Source: Candidatus Eiseniibacteriota bacterium (GTDB lineage: Bacteria > Eisenbacteria > RBG-16-71-46). From it: DNA of 64,000 nucleotides. Every line of letters begins with the position of its first letter. Position 1 is the stretch's first letter. A program made the translations under genes and the position numbers. The DNA is taken from NCBI GenBank assembly GCA_041483195.1, contig JBGPFC010000008.1, positions 32,001 through 96,000 on the forward strand. Reading direction: 5' to 3'. Positions 40,877 to 51,485 of this stretch are shown here, one piece after another. The notes beneath the pieces are model-generated. The model did no database searches. It was given only the letters and a program-made list of their open reading frames with translations, and was not told the DNA's origin.

Positions 40877-42595
40877 CTAGTCGTTCCGGGGCGCGCGTCG
40901 GGCCCGGCCGGGTCGGCGACCGTATGCCCCGGGCGCCGGTTTCGCGATCGCGGGTGGCGCTTCGCGCATGGCGGGCGCGGCCGGCTCATGCGCCGGCGAG
41001 TCCTCGTGCTCGTCCACGTCCTCGGGCGCTTCCGATCCGGTCGATTCTTCCGGCGTGGCCTCCGGCGCGTCCTCGAACCTGACGGGTTCCGACAGGTCGG
41101 GCACGGCCTCGGGATGAAACTCCTCCTCGACTGGGGACGGCTCGATCGCATACGGATCGACGTGACGCTCCTCGATCGGGCCCTCCGGTCTGCCCACTTC
41201 TTCGAGCTCGTCCTCCTCGTAAGCCGGCGGAACAGGTTCGATCTCGCGCGGCTCGACTTCCGGCGGCTCGATCGCGCGCCGACGCGGAGCCACCGGCGCC
41301 CGTAGCGGCGCCCGCAGCGGCGCACGTTCGACCACCGCCTCGCGCTCGACCACCGGCGCACGCTCGACTACCGGCGCGCGCTCGACCACCGGCTCCGCGC
41401 TCTCCACCATCGGAGCTTCGTCGCCACGCGGCCTCCGACCGCGACCGCCGCGTCGTCCGCGGCGCCGGCGCCGGCGCATCTCATCGCTCTCATCTTCGGT
41501 CACGACCTCGGCCTGCGATTCGACGGCAGGCGCGGGCGTGGTCACGTGCCCTTCCCGCGATTCACGGACGCGCGGCTCACGCTCGCGAGGTTCGCGCTCG
41601 CCTCCCTCTCGGGCCGGCCGCTCGCCCCGCTCGCTGCCCACGCGATCGAGCGCGTCGCGTGCCGCGGCCTGCTCCGCCTCCTTCTTGTTGTTGCCCTTGC
41701 CCTCGCCGAGCGCCCGCCGCCCGACCAGCACCTCGACCATGAAGTGCTTCGAATGATCGGGGCCCATCTCACTGCGGATCCGATAGACCGGATGCGTGCG
41801 GAACGTGCTCTGCACGTACTCCTGCAGGTGGCTCTTGTAGTTCGTGTGCCGCTTGTCCGCGACGATCTCAGGCGCGTCGCGCAGCAACCACCGCTGGATG
41901 AAGGCCCGAGCTGCCTCGAACCCCTGATCCAGGTAGATCGCGCCGATCACGGATTCGAATGCGTCGGCCAGGATCGAGAGACGCTGCCTCCCGCCCGATT
42001 CGATCTCGGAGTGGCTCATCAGCACGAAACGCCCGAGGCCCATCGCCAGCGCGCGTCGCGAGAGGATGGCCTTCGACACCAGCAGCGACTTGGTCTTCGT
42101 GAGCTGGCCTTCGTGCTCCGTGGGATGTTGCCGGTACAACGACTCGCTGGTCACCAGTCCCAGCACCGAGTCGCCCAGGAACTCCAGACGCTCGTTGGAT
42201 TCGCGGGGACCCTGCCCCGTCACGCTCAGGTAGGAGCGGTGGGTGAGCGCGAGCTTGAGCAGCTCGAGCCGATTGAAGGTGATGCCGTAGTGGCGCCCGA
42301 ACTCGGCGAGGATGCGGGCTTCCTGCTCGCTGGTCCCGATTCTCGCGGCGCGCTGCTCAGGGGCGCGGCGCGGCGGCGCGAACAGCGACCGCAGCCAGCT
42401 CCATAGCGAGAATCCCCGGCGGGGCGGCGGCGGTTGCGGTCCGCGCGGCCGGCGCCTGCCCCCGCGGCGGCGGCGTCCTACGTCGCGGCCTTCATGGCCA
42501 GAGTCACGTTGTGTCCCCCGAACCCGAACGAGTTCGAGAGAGCGGCCCTCACGCGCAGCGCGCGGGCCTGGTTGGGAACGAAATCGAGGTCGCAT
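40877..42595 (-). CDS. rnc: Ribonuclease III with N-terminal extension and long disordered C-terminal tail (start uncertain)
   Basis: ALTHRS, NERLEFLGDSVL, LADAFESVIGAIYLD, dsRBD (NYKSHLQE...KKEAEQAAA); follows fabF. Confidence 0.9.
   Translation of the reverse strand: MRPRFRSQPGPRAAREGRSLELVRVRGTQRDSGHEGRDVGRRRRGGRRRPRGPQPPPPRRGFSLWSWLRSLFAPPRRAPEQRAARIGTSEQEARILAEFGRHYGITFNRLELLKLALTHRSYLSVTGQGPRESNERLEFLGDSVLGLVTSESLYRQHPTEHEGQLTKTKSLLVSKAILSRRALAMGLGRFVLMSHSEIESGGRQRLSILADAFESVIGAIYLDQGFEAARAFIQRWLLRDAPEIVADKRHTNYKSHLQEYVQSTFRTHPVYRIRSEMGPDHSKHFMVEVLVGRRALGEGKGNNKKEAEQAAARDALDRVGSERGERPAREGGEREPREREPRVRESREGHVTTPAPAVESQAEVVTEDESDEMRRRRRRGRRGGRGRRPRGDEAPMVESAEPVVERAPVVERAPVVEREAVVERAPLRAPLRAPVAPRRRAIEPPEVEPREIEPVPPAYEEDELEEVGRPEGPIEERHVDPYAIEPSPVEEEFHPEAVPDLSEPVRFEDAPEATPEESTGSEAPEDVDEHEDSPAHEPAAPAMREAPPAIAKPAPGAYGRRPGRARRAPRND
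41295..41410 (-). repeat. Coding tandem repeats in the rnc tail (18-bp PVVERA units, 12-bp RAPL units)
   Basis: Repeated cgctcgaccaccggcgc units; translation EPVVERAPVVERAPVVEREAVVERAPLRAPLRAP. Confidence 0.8.
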
Positions 42596-43725
42596 TGAGG
42601 ATCCAGTTGTTCGAGGTTGGTCGTCGGAGGGACGATCCCGCGCGCCAGGGTCAGCGCCGTCACCACGGCTTCGAGTCCGCCGGCGGCACCCAGCAGGTGG
42701 CCGGTCATGGACTTGGTCGAGCTCATCATCAGCTTGCGCGCGTGCTCGCCGAACACCCGCTTCACCGCCACGACCTCGATGGGGTCGCCGGTGGGAGTCG
42801 AGGTGCCATGGGCGTTGATGTAGAGCACGTCTTCCGCCGGGATGCCGGCGTCTGCCAGCGCGCGCTGCATCGCGCGCGCCGCGCCGTCACCATCCGCGCT
42901 GGGCGCGGTGATGTGGAATGCATCCGCGGATGCGCCGTAGCCGCTGAGCTCGCAGAGAACCGTCGCGTTGCGGCGCCGGGCGTGGTCCTCGGTCTCGAGG
43001 ACGATCACGCCCGCGCCTTCGCCGATGACGAAGCCGTCACGATCCTTGTCGAACGGACGGCTGGCTCGCTGCGGGTCGTCGTTTCGTGTTGAGAGTGTGC
43101 GCGCATTGCCGAATCCAGCCAGCGCCATCGGCGTGATGGTGGATTCGCTGCCGCCCGCGAGGATCACGTCGGCATCCCCGGCGCGCAAGAGGCGCAGCGC
43201 TTCGCCGATCGCGTGTGCGCCCGATGCGCACGCCGAGACCGTACAGAAGTTGGGTCCCTTGAGACCGAACTGGATGGACACCTGCCCGGCGCCCATGTCC
43301 GAGATCATCATCGGGATGAAGAACGGGCTGACCCGGCCCGGACCGCGTTCGACCAGAATGCGGTGCTGGGTCTCGAAGGTTTCCATTCCGCCGATCCCCG
43401 AGCCCACGATGACGCCGATGCGATCGCGGTTCTCGGCATCCAGATCGAGCCCGGAGTTCCGGATCGCTTCATGGCAGGCGACCACCGCGTACTGAACGAA
43501 GCGGTCCATGCGCTTCGCGTCCTTGCGGTCGATCACCCCTTCCGTCGAGAACCCCTTCACTTCGCACCCAAAGCGGGTGCCGTACTCCGAGGTGTCGAAT
43601 CGAGTGATCGGACCGGCGCCGGACACTCCGGCGATCAGCTGCTTCCAGAACGATTCGGTGTCGTTCCCGAGCGGGGAAATCACACCCGCCCCGGTGACGA
43701 ACACCCGCCGCTCATGACTGGACAT
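42478..43725 (-). CDS. fabF: 3-oxoacyl-ACP synthase II
   Basis: SACASGAHAIG, INAHGTST, KSMTGHLLGAAG, NSFGFGG. Confidence 0.97.
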   Translation of the reverse strand: MSSHERRVFVTGAGVISPLGNDTESFWKQLIAGVSGAGPITRFDTSEYGTRFGCEVKGFSTEGVIDRKDAKRMDRFVQYAVVACHEAIRNSGLDLDAENRDRIGVIVGSGIGGMETFETQHRILVERGPGRVSPFFIPMMISDMGAGQVSIQFGLKGPNFCTVSACASGAHAIGEALRLLRAGDADVILAGGSESTITPMALAGFGNARTLSTRNDDPQRASRPFDKDRDGFVIGEGAGVIVLETEDHARRRNATVLCELSGYGASADAFHITAPSADGDGAARAMQRALADAGIPAEDVLYINAHGTSTPTGDPIEVVAVKRVFGEHARKLMMSSTKSMTGHLLGAAGGLEAVVTALTLARGIVPPTTNLEQLDPQCDLDFVPNQARALRVRAALSNSFGFGGHNVTLAMKAAT

Positions 43726-43821
43726 TGATGGTCGGCTCTCCGTTGCCTCGAGTTCCGCCCGCGCGCGGCGCAGCCACTACACGTTGCCGGAACGCGCGGC
43801 GCTCGCTGCGGATCTCCCGCC

Positions 43822-44070
43822 CTAGGACTGGGCGGCGGCGTGTGACTTCAAGTAGTTCATCGCGTCGCCGACGGTCTTGAGCTTGTCGGCGTCCTCGTCC
43901 GGAATATCGATCCCGAACTCTTCCTCGAGCGCCATCACCAGCTCGACGATGTCGAGCGAATCGGCGCCCAGGTCTTCGATGAACTTCGCGTCCGGGGTCA
44001 ACTGCTTGGCCTCGACTTCGAGTTCCTTGGCGATGATCTCCTTCACCCGGTCTTCACTGAATGTCGCCAC
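43822..44070 (-). CDS. acpP: Acyl carrier protein
   Basis: [17 protein letters not shown] start after AGGAGG. Confidence 0.97.
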   Translation of the reverse strand: MATFSEDRVKEIIAKELEVEAKQLTPDAKFIEDLGADSLDIVELVMALEEEFGIDIPDEDADKLKTVGDAMNYLKSHAAAQS

Positions 44071-44115
44071 CTGATTCACCTCCTGTTGTGGTTCGAGAAG
44101 TGCCATTCCATTCGA

Positions 44116-44895
44116 CTACATCACCATTCCGCCGTCCACCGTCCACACCTGCCCGGTGACGTACGAAGCGCGCGGCGAAGCGAGAAACCCGACCACCTCC
44201 GCGACTTCCTCGGGCCGGCCCAGTCGCCCGAGCGGAATGCGTCCCAGCAAGGCGGTCTTCACCGGTTCGGGAAGCGAGGCGGTCATCTCGGTCTCGATGA
44301 AGCCGGGACACACCGCGTTCACCGTGATCGCGCGCCCGCTCAGTTCCCGGGCCAGCGACACCGTGAGGCCCAGCAGCCCCGCCTTCGAGGCCGCGTAGTT
44401 GGCCTGCCCGGGGTTTCCGATCAGGCCGACGACCGACGAGACGTTCACGATGCGGCCGTAGCGCGCCTTCATCATGGGGCGCACCACCTCGCGACAGCAA
44501 CGGAAGGCGCCGGTGAGGTTGGTCTCGAGCACCTCGTGCCACTGCGCGTCGGCCATGCGCATGAACGCGCCGTCGCGCGCGAGGCCCGCGTTGTTCACGA
44601 GCACGTCGACCCGCCGCAGCTCGGCGAGCGCGGTTCCGAACGCCGATTCGACCGAGGCGGTATCGGAGACATCGGCCGCGAACGCGCGCGCCGGGTGCCC
44701 CGCGGCCCGCAGGCTCTCGACCGCGGCGCCCGCACGCTCCTGATTGCGGCCGAAGATCGCGACCGTCGCGCCGCGCGCGCCCAGCGTCCGGGCGATGGCG
44801 AGCCCGATCCCGGTCGCGCCGCCGGTGACGAACGCCACCTGCCCCGCGAGCTCCCGGCCGGCCACGGTCGCGGCGGCGCCGAGCGTTTCGGACAT
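44116..44895 (-). CDS. fabG: 3-oxoacyl-ACP reductase
   Basis: [26 protein letters not shown]. Confidence 0.95.
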   Translation of the reverse strand: MSETLGAAATVAGRELAGQVAFVTGGATGIGLAIARTLGARGATVAIFGRNQERAGAAVESLRAAGHPARAFAADVSDTASVESAFGTALAELRRVDVLVNNAGLARDGAFMRMADAQWHEVLETNLTGAFRCCREVVRPMMKARYGRIVNVSSVVGLIGNPGQANYAASKAGLLGLTVSLARELSGRAITVNAVCPGFIETEMTASLPEPVKTALLGRIPLGRLGRPEEVAEVVGFLASPRASYVTGQVWTVDGGMVM

Positions 44896-45851
44896 CAGGC
44901 CCTCCCCGCGGCCGGAAGCGCGGCGTTGAGCGCCGCCAGCGTCGCGCTCAGCGACTCCGGGTCGTCGACGTTCCACGAGGCTGCATCGCGGTCCAGCGTG
45001 CGCAACAGGCCGCGCAGCACGCGGCCGGTGCCGACCTCGACGAAACCCTGCGCCCCGCCCGCGAGCACCAGGCGCATCGATTCCTCCCAGCGCACGGCGC
45101 CCAGCAACTGGCGCTCGAGCGCCGAGCGGATCTCGTCGGCGCGGCGCACCGGCGCGGCATCCACGTTCGTGATGACGGGGCAGCGCGCGTCGCGCAGCGG
45201 CGTGTCGGCGAGCGCGGCGGCCAGCCCCAGGGCGGCGGACGCCATCAGCGGCGAATGGAACGCTCCGCTCACCTCGAGCCGAATCGCGCGCTTCGCGCCC
45301 CGCGCGCGCGCGATCTCGCACGCGCGCTCCACGCCCGCGACTTCCCCCGAAATCACGATCTGCCCGGGAGCGTTGAGGTTCGCCGCCTGCACGACTCCGG
45401 CCGCCGACGCTTCCAGGCACAACGCGTCCACCGCCGTGCGATCGAGCCCCAGGATGGCCGCCATGGTGCCGGGGCGCTCGATTCCTGCGCGCTGCATGAG
45501 CTCGCCGCGACGACGCGTGAGGCGCAGCGCGTCCTCGAAGGCAATCGCACCCGCCGCGACGCATGCCGAATACTCGCCGAGACTGTGACCCGCCACCCAG
45601 TCGGGCCTGAGCCCCGCGGCCTCCAGCAGCCTGAACGCCGCGACGCTGTGCGCGAGGAGCGCGGGCTGTGCGTTCACCGTCATGCGCAGCTCGGCTTCCG
45701 GGCCTTCCCAGCACAGGCGCGACAGCGGGAAGCCGAGCGCGCGGTCGGCCACTTCGAACGCCTCGCGAGCGAGCGCGTACTGCGTGGCGAGCGCGCGACC
45801 CATTCCGACGGCCTGCGCGCCCTGGCCCGGAAACACGAACGCGAGCTTCAC
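44895..45851 (-). CDS. fabD: Malonyl-CoA:ACP transacylase
   Basis: [23 protein letters not shown]. Confidence 0.96.
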   Translation of the reverse strand: MKLAFVFPGQGAQAVGMGRALATQYALAREAFEVADRALGFPLSRLCWEGPEAELRMTVNAQPALLAHSVAAFRLLEAAGLRPDWVAGHSLGEYSACVAAGAIAFEDALRLTRRRGELMQRAGIERPGTMAAILGLDRTAVDALCLEASAAGVVQAANLNAPGQIVISGEVAGVERACEIARARGAKRAIRLEVSGAFHSPLMASAALGLAAALADTPLRDARCPVITNVDAAPVRRADEIRSALERQLLGAVRWEESMRLVLAGGAQGFVEVGTGRVLRGLLRTLDRDAASWNVDDPESLSATLAALNAALPAAGRA

Positions 45852-46915
45852 TCGCCCGCCCCTCGCGCCGCGGTGGCGGGCTCGGCGAGCCGGGATGCGA
45901 TCCGGGTCCTGGGGGTCCAGCGCGCCACCGAGGCACCCCAGGTCACGCCGCCCCCGAACGCCATGAAACCCACGAGATCGCCCTGCTTGAGCCGGCCTTC
46001 GCGCACCACCTCGTCGAGACTGATCGGGATCGACGCAGAGGACGTGTTGCCGTAGCGGTCGATGTTGACGATCACTTTCTCGGGCGGCGTGCCCAGCCGT
46101 TCGCGCACCGCGTCGATGATTCTCAGGTTGGCCTGATGCGGGATGATGAGGTCCAGCTCGTCTGGCGCGAGCCCCGCCACATCGAGCGCGCGGCGCATGC
46201 TGTCTTCCATGGCGCGCACCGCCACCTTGAACAGCTCCCTGCCGCGCATGTGAATGAAATGATCCCGCGCCTCGACGGTCGCCGCCGAGGCCGGCGTGCG
46301 TGATCCCCCCGCCGGCACCTCGAGCACGCCGCCGAGTTCCCCGTCGCTCTGGATCACGATCGCGAGCAGCCCGTCGCCGGGGGCGCACGGACGCAGCACC
46401 GCCGCCCCGGCCCCGTCGCCGAACAGCACGCAGGTATTGCGGTCGGTGTAGTCCGTGATGCGCGACAGCGTCTCGACCCCGATGACTAGCACGGTCTCGG
46501 CCTGCCCGGTGCCGATCATCCCGCGCCCGATCGAGAGCCCGTACATGAACCCGGTGCACGCCGCGAACACGTCGTAGGCCGCGGCGCGGCGCGCGCCCAG
46601 CGCGGCCTGCACCGTGCACGCGCAGGATGGCAGGACGCGGTCCGGGGTCGTGGTCGCGAGCACGATCTGATCGACGTCCATCGGCGTCAGCCCCGCGCTC
46701 TCGAGCGCGCGCCGCGCCGCGATCAGGGCGAGGTCGGAGGACGCCTGCTCGGGGGCCGCGATGCGCCGCTCGCGAATCCCGGTGCGCTCGAGGATCCACT
46801 CGTCGGAGGTCTCGACCATTTGTTCCAGCTCGCGATTCGTGAGCACGCGATCGGGCACGTACATGCCGGTCCCCGCGATGGTCACCCCGCGCAGCGCGTC
46901 AGGCCGCGGTGTCAT
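45848..46915 (-). CDS. fabH: 3-oxoacyl-ACP synthase III
   Basis: AACTGF, HQAN, GNTSSAS. Confidence 0.96.
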   Translation of the reverse strand: MTPRPDALRGVTIAGTGMYVPDRVLTNRELEQMVETSDEWILERTGIRERRIAAPEQASSDLALIAARRALESAGLTPMDVDQIVLATTTPDRVLPSCACTVQAALGARRAAAYDVFAACTGFMYGLSIGRGMIGTGQAETVLVIGVETLSRITDYTDRNTCVLFGDGAGAAVLRPCAPGDGLLAIVIQSDGELGGVLEVPAGGSRTPASAATVEARDHFIHMRGRELFKVAVRAMEDSMRRALDVAGLAPDELDLIIPHQANLRIIDAVRERLGTPPEKVIVNIDRYGNTSSASIPISLDEVVREGRLKQGDLVGFMAFGGGVTWGASVARWTPRTRIASRLAEPATAARGAGE

Positions 46916-47924
46916 GGTCCGCCTCGATCTCTTCCCGGATGTGCTCGTTCACGCGCTGGTCGACGAAGCGCGTCAGCGTGCGAATGGCGCTGCGAAACGC
47001 CCGCGCGCCGCTGCGGCCGTGACCGATGAAGCAGACGCCGTTGACGCCCAGCAGCGGCGCGGCGCCGAACTCTTCCCAGTCGATCTGCGCGCGGAGCCGG
47101 CGCAGCGCCGGCATCATGAACAGCGCGCCCACCCGGGCGAGGAGGTCGCGGCGCAGTTCCTCGCGCACCTTGTGCGTGAGCAGACCGACCACGCTCTCCG
47201 CGGTCTTCAGCACGACGTTGCCCGTGAATCCGTCCGTCACGACCACGTCGCAGCTGCCCTTGAACACGTCGCGGCCTTCGACGTTGCCGATGAAGTTGAG
47301 GTGCTGTGCGCGGCGCAGGAGCGGCAGCGTTTCCTGGACCAGACCATTGCCCTTCGAGTCTTCTTCGCCGATCGAGAGCAACCCGACCCGCGGGTTCTCA
47401 CGCCCCAGCAGGTAGCGCGCGTAGACCGATCCCATGTGGGCGAACTGCACCAGGTAGGACGCCTTGCACTCGGCGTTGGCTCCGACGTCGAGCACCACCG
47501 TGCCGCCGGCGGGATTCGGCATGAAGGCGGCGAGCGCGGGGCGCGTCACCGATTCGAGCCGGCCGAGACCGAGCAGCGCGGTCGCGACCACCGCGCCGGT
47601 ATTGCCCGCGCTGAAGATCGCATCCACGCGGCCTTCCTTGTGGAGTTGTGTGAGCATGCCGAGCGAGGTGCGGCTCTTGCGGCGCGCAGCCGCCACGGCT
47701 TTCTCGTCCATCTCGATCCGCTCGGGGGCGTGCACGACCTCGATGGGAAAGCCGCCGGCGCGCGCGTGGCTGAGCGCGGGGCGGATCTCGCTTTCGTCGC
47801 CGACCAGCGTGACGCGAAAACGGCCCGGCATCTGGCGAAACGCCAGGACCGTGCCCTCCGCCACCACCGAGGGGCCGAAGTCCCCCCCCATCGCGTCAAT
47901 GCCGATGTGCGGGAGGTTGGCCAT
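46899..47924 (-). CDS. plsX: Phosphate acyltransferase
   Basis: IDAMGGD, SAGNTGA, DGFTGNVVLK. Confidence 0.96.
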   Translation of the reverse strand: MANLPHIGIDAMGGDFGPSVVAEGTVLAFRQMPGRFRVTLVGDESEIRPALSHARAGGFPIEVVHAPERIEMDEKAVAAARRKSRTSLGMLTQLHKEGRVDAIFSAGNTGAVVATALLGLGRLESVTRPALAAFMPNPAGGTVVLDVGANAECKASYLVQFAHMGSVYARYLLGRENPRVGLLSIGEEDSKGNGLVQETLPLLRRAQHLNFIGNVEGRDVFKGSCDVVVTDGFTGNVVLKTAESVVGLLTHKVREELRRDLLARVGALFMMPALRRLRAQIDWEEFGAAPLLGVNGVCFIGHGRSGARAFRSAIRTLTRFVDQRVNEHIREEIEADHDTAA

Positions 47925-47941
47925 GGATGGCGCCGGTCACC

Positions 47942-48124
47942 CTACTCTTCGCGCGGCGGTGTGATCTCTTCGCCGTCGTAGTAGCCGCAGTTGGCACAGA
48001 TGCGGTGCGGCTGCTTGGGGCTGCTGCAGTGGCTGCAGGCATTGAGGCCCGGAGCCTTGAGCTTCCAGTGCGTGCGCCGCTTCTTGCCGCGCGTGCTCGA
48101 ATGCCGCCGCTTCGGTACCGCCAT
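47942..48124 (-). CDS. rpmF: 50S ribosomal protein L32 (Zn-ribbon type)
   Basis: MAVPKRR, two CxxC motifs. Confidence 0.96.
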   Translation of the reverse strand: MAVPKRRHSSTRGKKRRTHWKLKAPGLNACSHCSSPKQPHRICANCGYYDGEEITPPREE

Positions 48125-48172
48125 GAATTCATCCTCCCTCGCGCCGCGCGGTCACCCGCCGCTCTCCGGCGC

Positions 48173-48640
48173 TCAGCTGTGTGCGCAGGGCTCCAGGTTG
48201 CGGTCCGCCCCACAGACGGGGCACAGACCCCGGCAATCCTCGCGACAGTGGGGCGCGAGCGGTAGCTCGAGCAGCAACGTCTCGCGCGCCTCGTCGCTCA
48301 TGTCCAGGTGCCGGCCGTCGTGGAACTTCATGTAGTGATCCCGTTCGAGCGCCTCTTCCTCGAAGCGCCGGCCCGAACTGGATCGCTCGGCGTAGAGATC
48401 GAGCTGCGGCGTCACATGCAGCTCGAACCCACGCAGGCAGCGCACGCACTCGAGCGCGGCCACGGCATCCAGCCGGCCCCGTACCGAGACCTGCTCGCCG
48501 TTCTTTTCGACCTCGAACGTACCCCGGACCCGACCCGACCACTCCGCTTGCGGGAGGCCCAATTCGGCGGCCTCGCACTCGAGACCCAGCCGATGCCAGC
48601 CGGGGGAGAGTGCCGCGAGGTCAATCGAAAATGCGGACAT
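48173..48640 (-). CDS. YceD/DUF177 protein
   Basis: CVRCL and CREDCRGLCPVCGADRN; upstream of rpmF. Confidence 0.92.
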   Translation of the reverse strand: MSAFSIDLAALSPGWHRLGLECEAAELGLPQAEWSGRVRGTFEVEKNGEQVSVRGRLDAVAALECVRCLRGFELHVTPQLDLYAERSSSGRRFEEEALERDHYMKFHDGRHLDMSDEARETLLLELPLAPHCREDCRGLCPVCGADRNLEPCAHS

Positions 48641-48745
48641 ACAAAATGAGCCCGCCAGAGCGGGGCCCGGAATGTGGGCAACCTAACACAGCCCCCGGCT
48701 TTCGTCTAGACGAGCGGGCCCGCCAAGCTGACCGCCGCGAGCGCA

Positions 48746-49168
48746 TCAGCGCGAGAGCGCGGCGACCCCGAAAAACAGCTTCACCTCGCGCTCGCCGCTC
48801 GCGGGACCGTCCGAGGCGTGCACCGAATTGCGCCCCTTGCTCTCGGCGTACAGCTTGCGGATGGTGCCCGCCGCCGCTTGCTCCGGATCGGTCGCGCCGA
48901 TGACCTCACGCAGGAAGGCGACCGCGCTCTCGCGCTCGAGGCAGGTCAGCATCACGGGGCCAGAGGTCATGAAGTCGACCAGCTCGTTGAAGAACGGCTT
49001 TCCCAGGTGTTCGGCGTAGAAGGTCTGGGCCTCCTCGCGGGTCATGCGGCCGAAGCGCGCTTCGACGATGCGGAACCCGCGCTCCTCGACATGGGCGAGG
49101 ATCTTCCCAATCAGGTTTCGCTGGACCGCATCGGGTTTGACGATGAACAGGGTGCGCTCGACTGCCAA
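48746..49168 (-). CDS. ndk: Nucleoside diphosphate kinase
   Basis: ERTLFIVKPD, NSVHASD; TTG start after AGGAG. Confidence 0.96.
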   Translation of the reverse strand: MAVERTLFIVKPDAVQRNLIGKILAHVEERGFRIVEARFGRMTREEAQTFYAEHLGKPFFNELVDFMTSGPVMLTCLERESAVAFLREVIGATDPEQAAAGTIRKLYAESKGRNSVHASDGPASGEREVKLFFGVAALSR

Positions 49169-49211
49169 GGTGCTCTCCTTCGGGTTGTGGGACTCCGTTC
49201 GGAGTCCCGTA

Positions 49212-50294
49212 TCAGGGCGTGCCGGGGCGTCTCCGGGGACGGCGCTTGCGGGCCGCGGCCGCTTTGGTGCGCGCGCCGCGCGCGGTGGCCCCCACGCGCC
49301 CGCGCCGCGAAGCCGACCGCGGACCCGACGCGCGTGGCCGGGTGGCGGACGCTCGCCGCGCTGGCGCGCCGGGCTTCGCGGCGACGCGCGCGCGATGACG
49401 CCGTCGCTCCAGCGCTTCCGCGATCAGCGATGGGATTTCGGATGGAATGCGGGCGACCGGGACGCCGGCGGCCGCGAAGGCCGCCATCTTCTCCGCCGCC
49501 GTGCCGGTCCCGCCCGAGATGATGGCGCCCGCGTGACCCATGCGCTTGCCGGCCGGGGCCGTCTGCCCGGCGATGAAGGCGACCACCGGCTTCTTCACGT
49601 GGCGGCGGATGAAGAGCGCGGCCTCTTCCTCATCGGTTCCGCCGATCTCCCCCATCAGTACGATCGCCTCGGTGTGCGGGTCGGCTTCGAACAACGCGAG
49701 CGAGTCGATGAAGTTCGTGCCGATCACCGGATCGCCGCCGATGCCGAGGCAGGTGCTCTGTCCGAGCCCGGCGCGGGTGAGCTGGTGGACGACCTCGTAC
49801 GTGAGCGTTCCGCTGCGCGACACCACGCCCACCGGCCCGGGCTTCGCGATGTGCCCGGGCATGATGCCGACCTTCGACAACCCGGGCGAGAGCAGCCCCG
49901 GACAGTTCGGTCCCACCAGCCGCGGCCGCCCGTTGCCGTTGCGCTCGCGCAGCCGTGCGATGTGGTGATAGGCCGCCGTCGCGTCGCGCACCGGAACCCC
50001 CTCGGTGATGCACACGATCAGCGCGAGTCCGGCGTCGGCGGCCTCGAAGATGGCGTCGGCCGCGAACGGGGCGGGCACGTAGATGACCGACGCGTTCGCG
50101 CGCGTCGCGGCGACGGCCTCGGCGACGCTGTCGTACACCGGGACGCCGTGCACGCGCTCGCCCCCCTTGCCGGGCGTGACCCCGGCCACGACGCGCGTGC
50201 CGTATGCGAGCATCTGCTCCGTGTGGAACGCGCCGTCGCGGCCGGTGATGCCCTGCACCACGAGTCGCGTGCTCTTGTCGACGAGGATGCTCAC
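49212..50294 (-). CDS. sucD: Succinyl-CoA synthetase alpha subunit with basic C-terminal extension
   Basis: [30 protein letters not shown] overlaps sucC stop. Confidence 0.95.
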   Translation of the reverse strand: MSILVDKSTRLVVQGITGRDGAFHTEQMLAYGTRVVAGVTPGKGGERVHGVPVYDSVAEAVAATRANASVIYVPAPFAADAIFEAADAGLALIVCITEGVPVRDATAAYHHIARLRERNGNGRPRLVGPNCPGLLSPGLSKVGIMPGHIAKPGPVGVVSRSGTLTYEVVHQLTRAGLGQSTCLGIGGDPVIGTNFIDSLALFEADPHTEAIVLMGEIGGTDEEEAALFIRRHVKKPVVAFIAGQTAPAGKRMGHAGAIISGGTGTAAEKMAAFAAAGVPVARIPSEIPSLIAEALERRRHRARVAAKPGAPARRASATRPRASGPRSASRRGRVGATARGARTKAAAARKRRPRRRPGTP

Positions 50295-51451
50295 GCGCCC
50301 ACCTCCTGCGCCTTCGCGATCACGGCGCGCACACCCTCGTCCATGCTGGTCGTGGCCGAGAGTCCGTGATCCGCGAGGATCTTGCGCGCCAGCTCCTCGT
50401 TGGTGCCGGTGAGGCGGATGACCAGCGGCACCTCGAGCGGAGATTCGGCGAGCGACTGGACGATGCCGTTGGCGACGTCGTCGCAACGCGTGATGCCGCC
50501 GAAGATGTTGAAGAGGATCGCCCGCACCCGCGAGCCCCGCTCGCCGTCGCGCGCGTCGGTGGTGATGATCCGGAGCGCGGCCGTCACCTTGTCCGGGTTC
50601 GACGAGCCGCCGATGTCGAGGAAATTGGCGGGCTCGCCCCCGTAGTGCTTGACCAGGTCCATGGTCGCCATGGCCAGACCCGCCCCGTTCACGACGCAGC
50701 CGATGTCGCCGTCGAGCTTCACGTAGGAGAGTCCCTTCTCGCGGGCGAGCCGCGCGCCCGCCGTCTCCTCGTCCGGATCGCGCCAGGTGGCCCAGTCGCG
50801 ATGCCGGAAGTCGGCGTTGTCGTCGAGGATCACCTTGGCGTCGAGGGCGACGACCCTGCCCTCCGGCGTGATCGCGAGTGGATTGATCTCGGCGAGCTGG
50901 CAGTCGGCCTCCTGGTACACGCGCCACAGCTTGAGCAGCACGTCGGCCGCCTGCTGCACCAGCTTGCCGTCCTTCAGCACCGGCTGAAACAGGGCGCGCG
51001 CCTCGTAGGGCCTGAGGCCCTCGAGCGGAATCGGGCGCCTGAGGATCTTCTCGGGAGCGGTGCGCGCGACCTCCTCGATCTCGACTCCGCCCTCCGCCGA
51101 CAGCATGATGAGCGGCAGCTTGCGGCTGCGATCGAGCACGATCGAGAGGTAGAGCTCGCGCGCGATCTCGGCGGCCTGCGCCACCAGCACCTTCCGCACC
51201 CTGAGCCCCTTGATGGTGAGCGCGAGGATGTCGCGAGCCTTCTCGAACGCCTCATCGGGCGAGTGCGCGAGCTTCACGCCGCCCGCCTTGCCGCGCCCTC
51301 CCACCAGAACCTGGGCCTTGATCACGACCGTCCCGCCGATCGAGGCCGCCACGTCGCGCGCCTCCTCGGGAGTGCTCGCGACCTGCCCGGGCAGCACCGG
51401 CAGGCCGAAGCGGGCGAACAACTCCTTTGCCTGGTACTCGTGAAGGTTCAT
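50291..51451 (-). CDS. sucC: Succinyl-CoA synthetase beta subunit
   Basis: [39 protein letters not shown]. Confidence 0.96.
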   Translation of the reverse strand: MNLHEYQAKELFARFGLPVLPGQVASTPEEARDVAASIGGTVVIKAQVLVGGRGKAGGVKLAHSPDEAFEKARDILALTIKGLRVRKVLVAQAAEIARELYLSIVLDRSRKLPLIMLSAEGGVEIEEVARTAPEKILRRPIPLEGLRPYEARALFQPVLKDGKLVQQAADVLLKLWRVYQEADCQLAEINPLAITPEGRVVALDAKVILDDNADFRHRDWATWRDPDEETAGARLAREKGLSYVKLDGDIGCVVNGAGLAMATMDLVKHYGGEPANFLDIGGSSNPDKVTAALRIITTDARDGERGSRVRAILFNIFGGITRCDDVANGIVQSLAESPLEVPLVIRLTGTNEELARKILADHGLSATTSMDEGVRAVIAKAQEVGA

Positions 51452-51485
51452 GTCTCCCTCGGTCCGCGGGCCGCCCGCCTGGCGA

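Noticed and set aside
40534..40880. 107-aa and 81-aa + strand ORFs in the regulator-rnc spacer
   Set aside because: No RBS or motifs and both run through the terminator; a leaderless peptide from 40635 is not fully excluded
41295..41410. Possible CRISPR-like repeats
   Set aside because: In-frame coding repeats with no spacers and no cas genes
44116..50927. Apparent long N-terminal extensions or fusions of fabG, fabD and sucD in the ORF track (likewise truB, ribF, comB, rfaE2)
   Set aside because: Artefacts of first-start calling; true starts fall at stop/start overlaps or RBS sites
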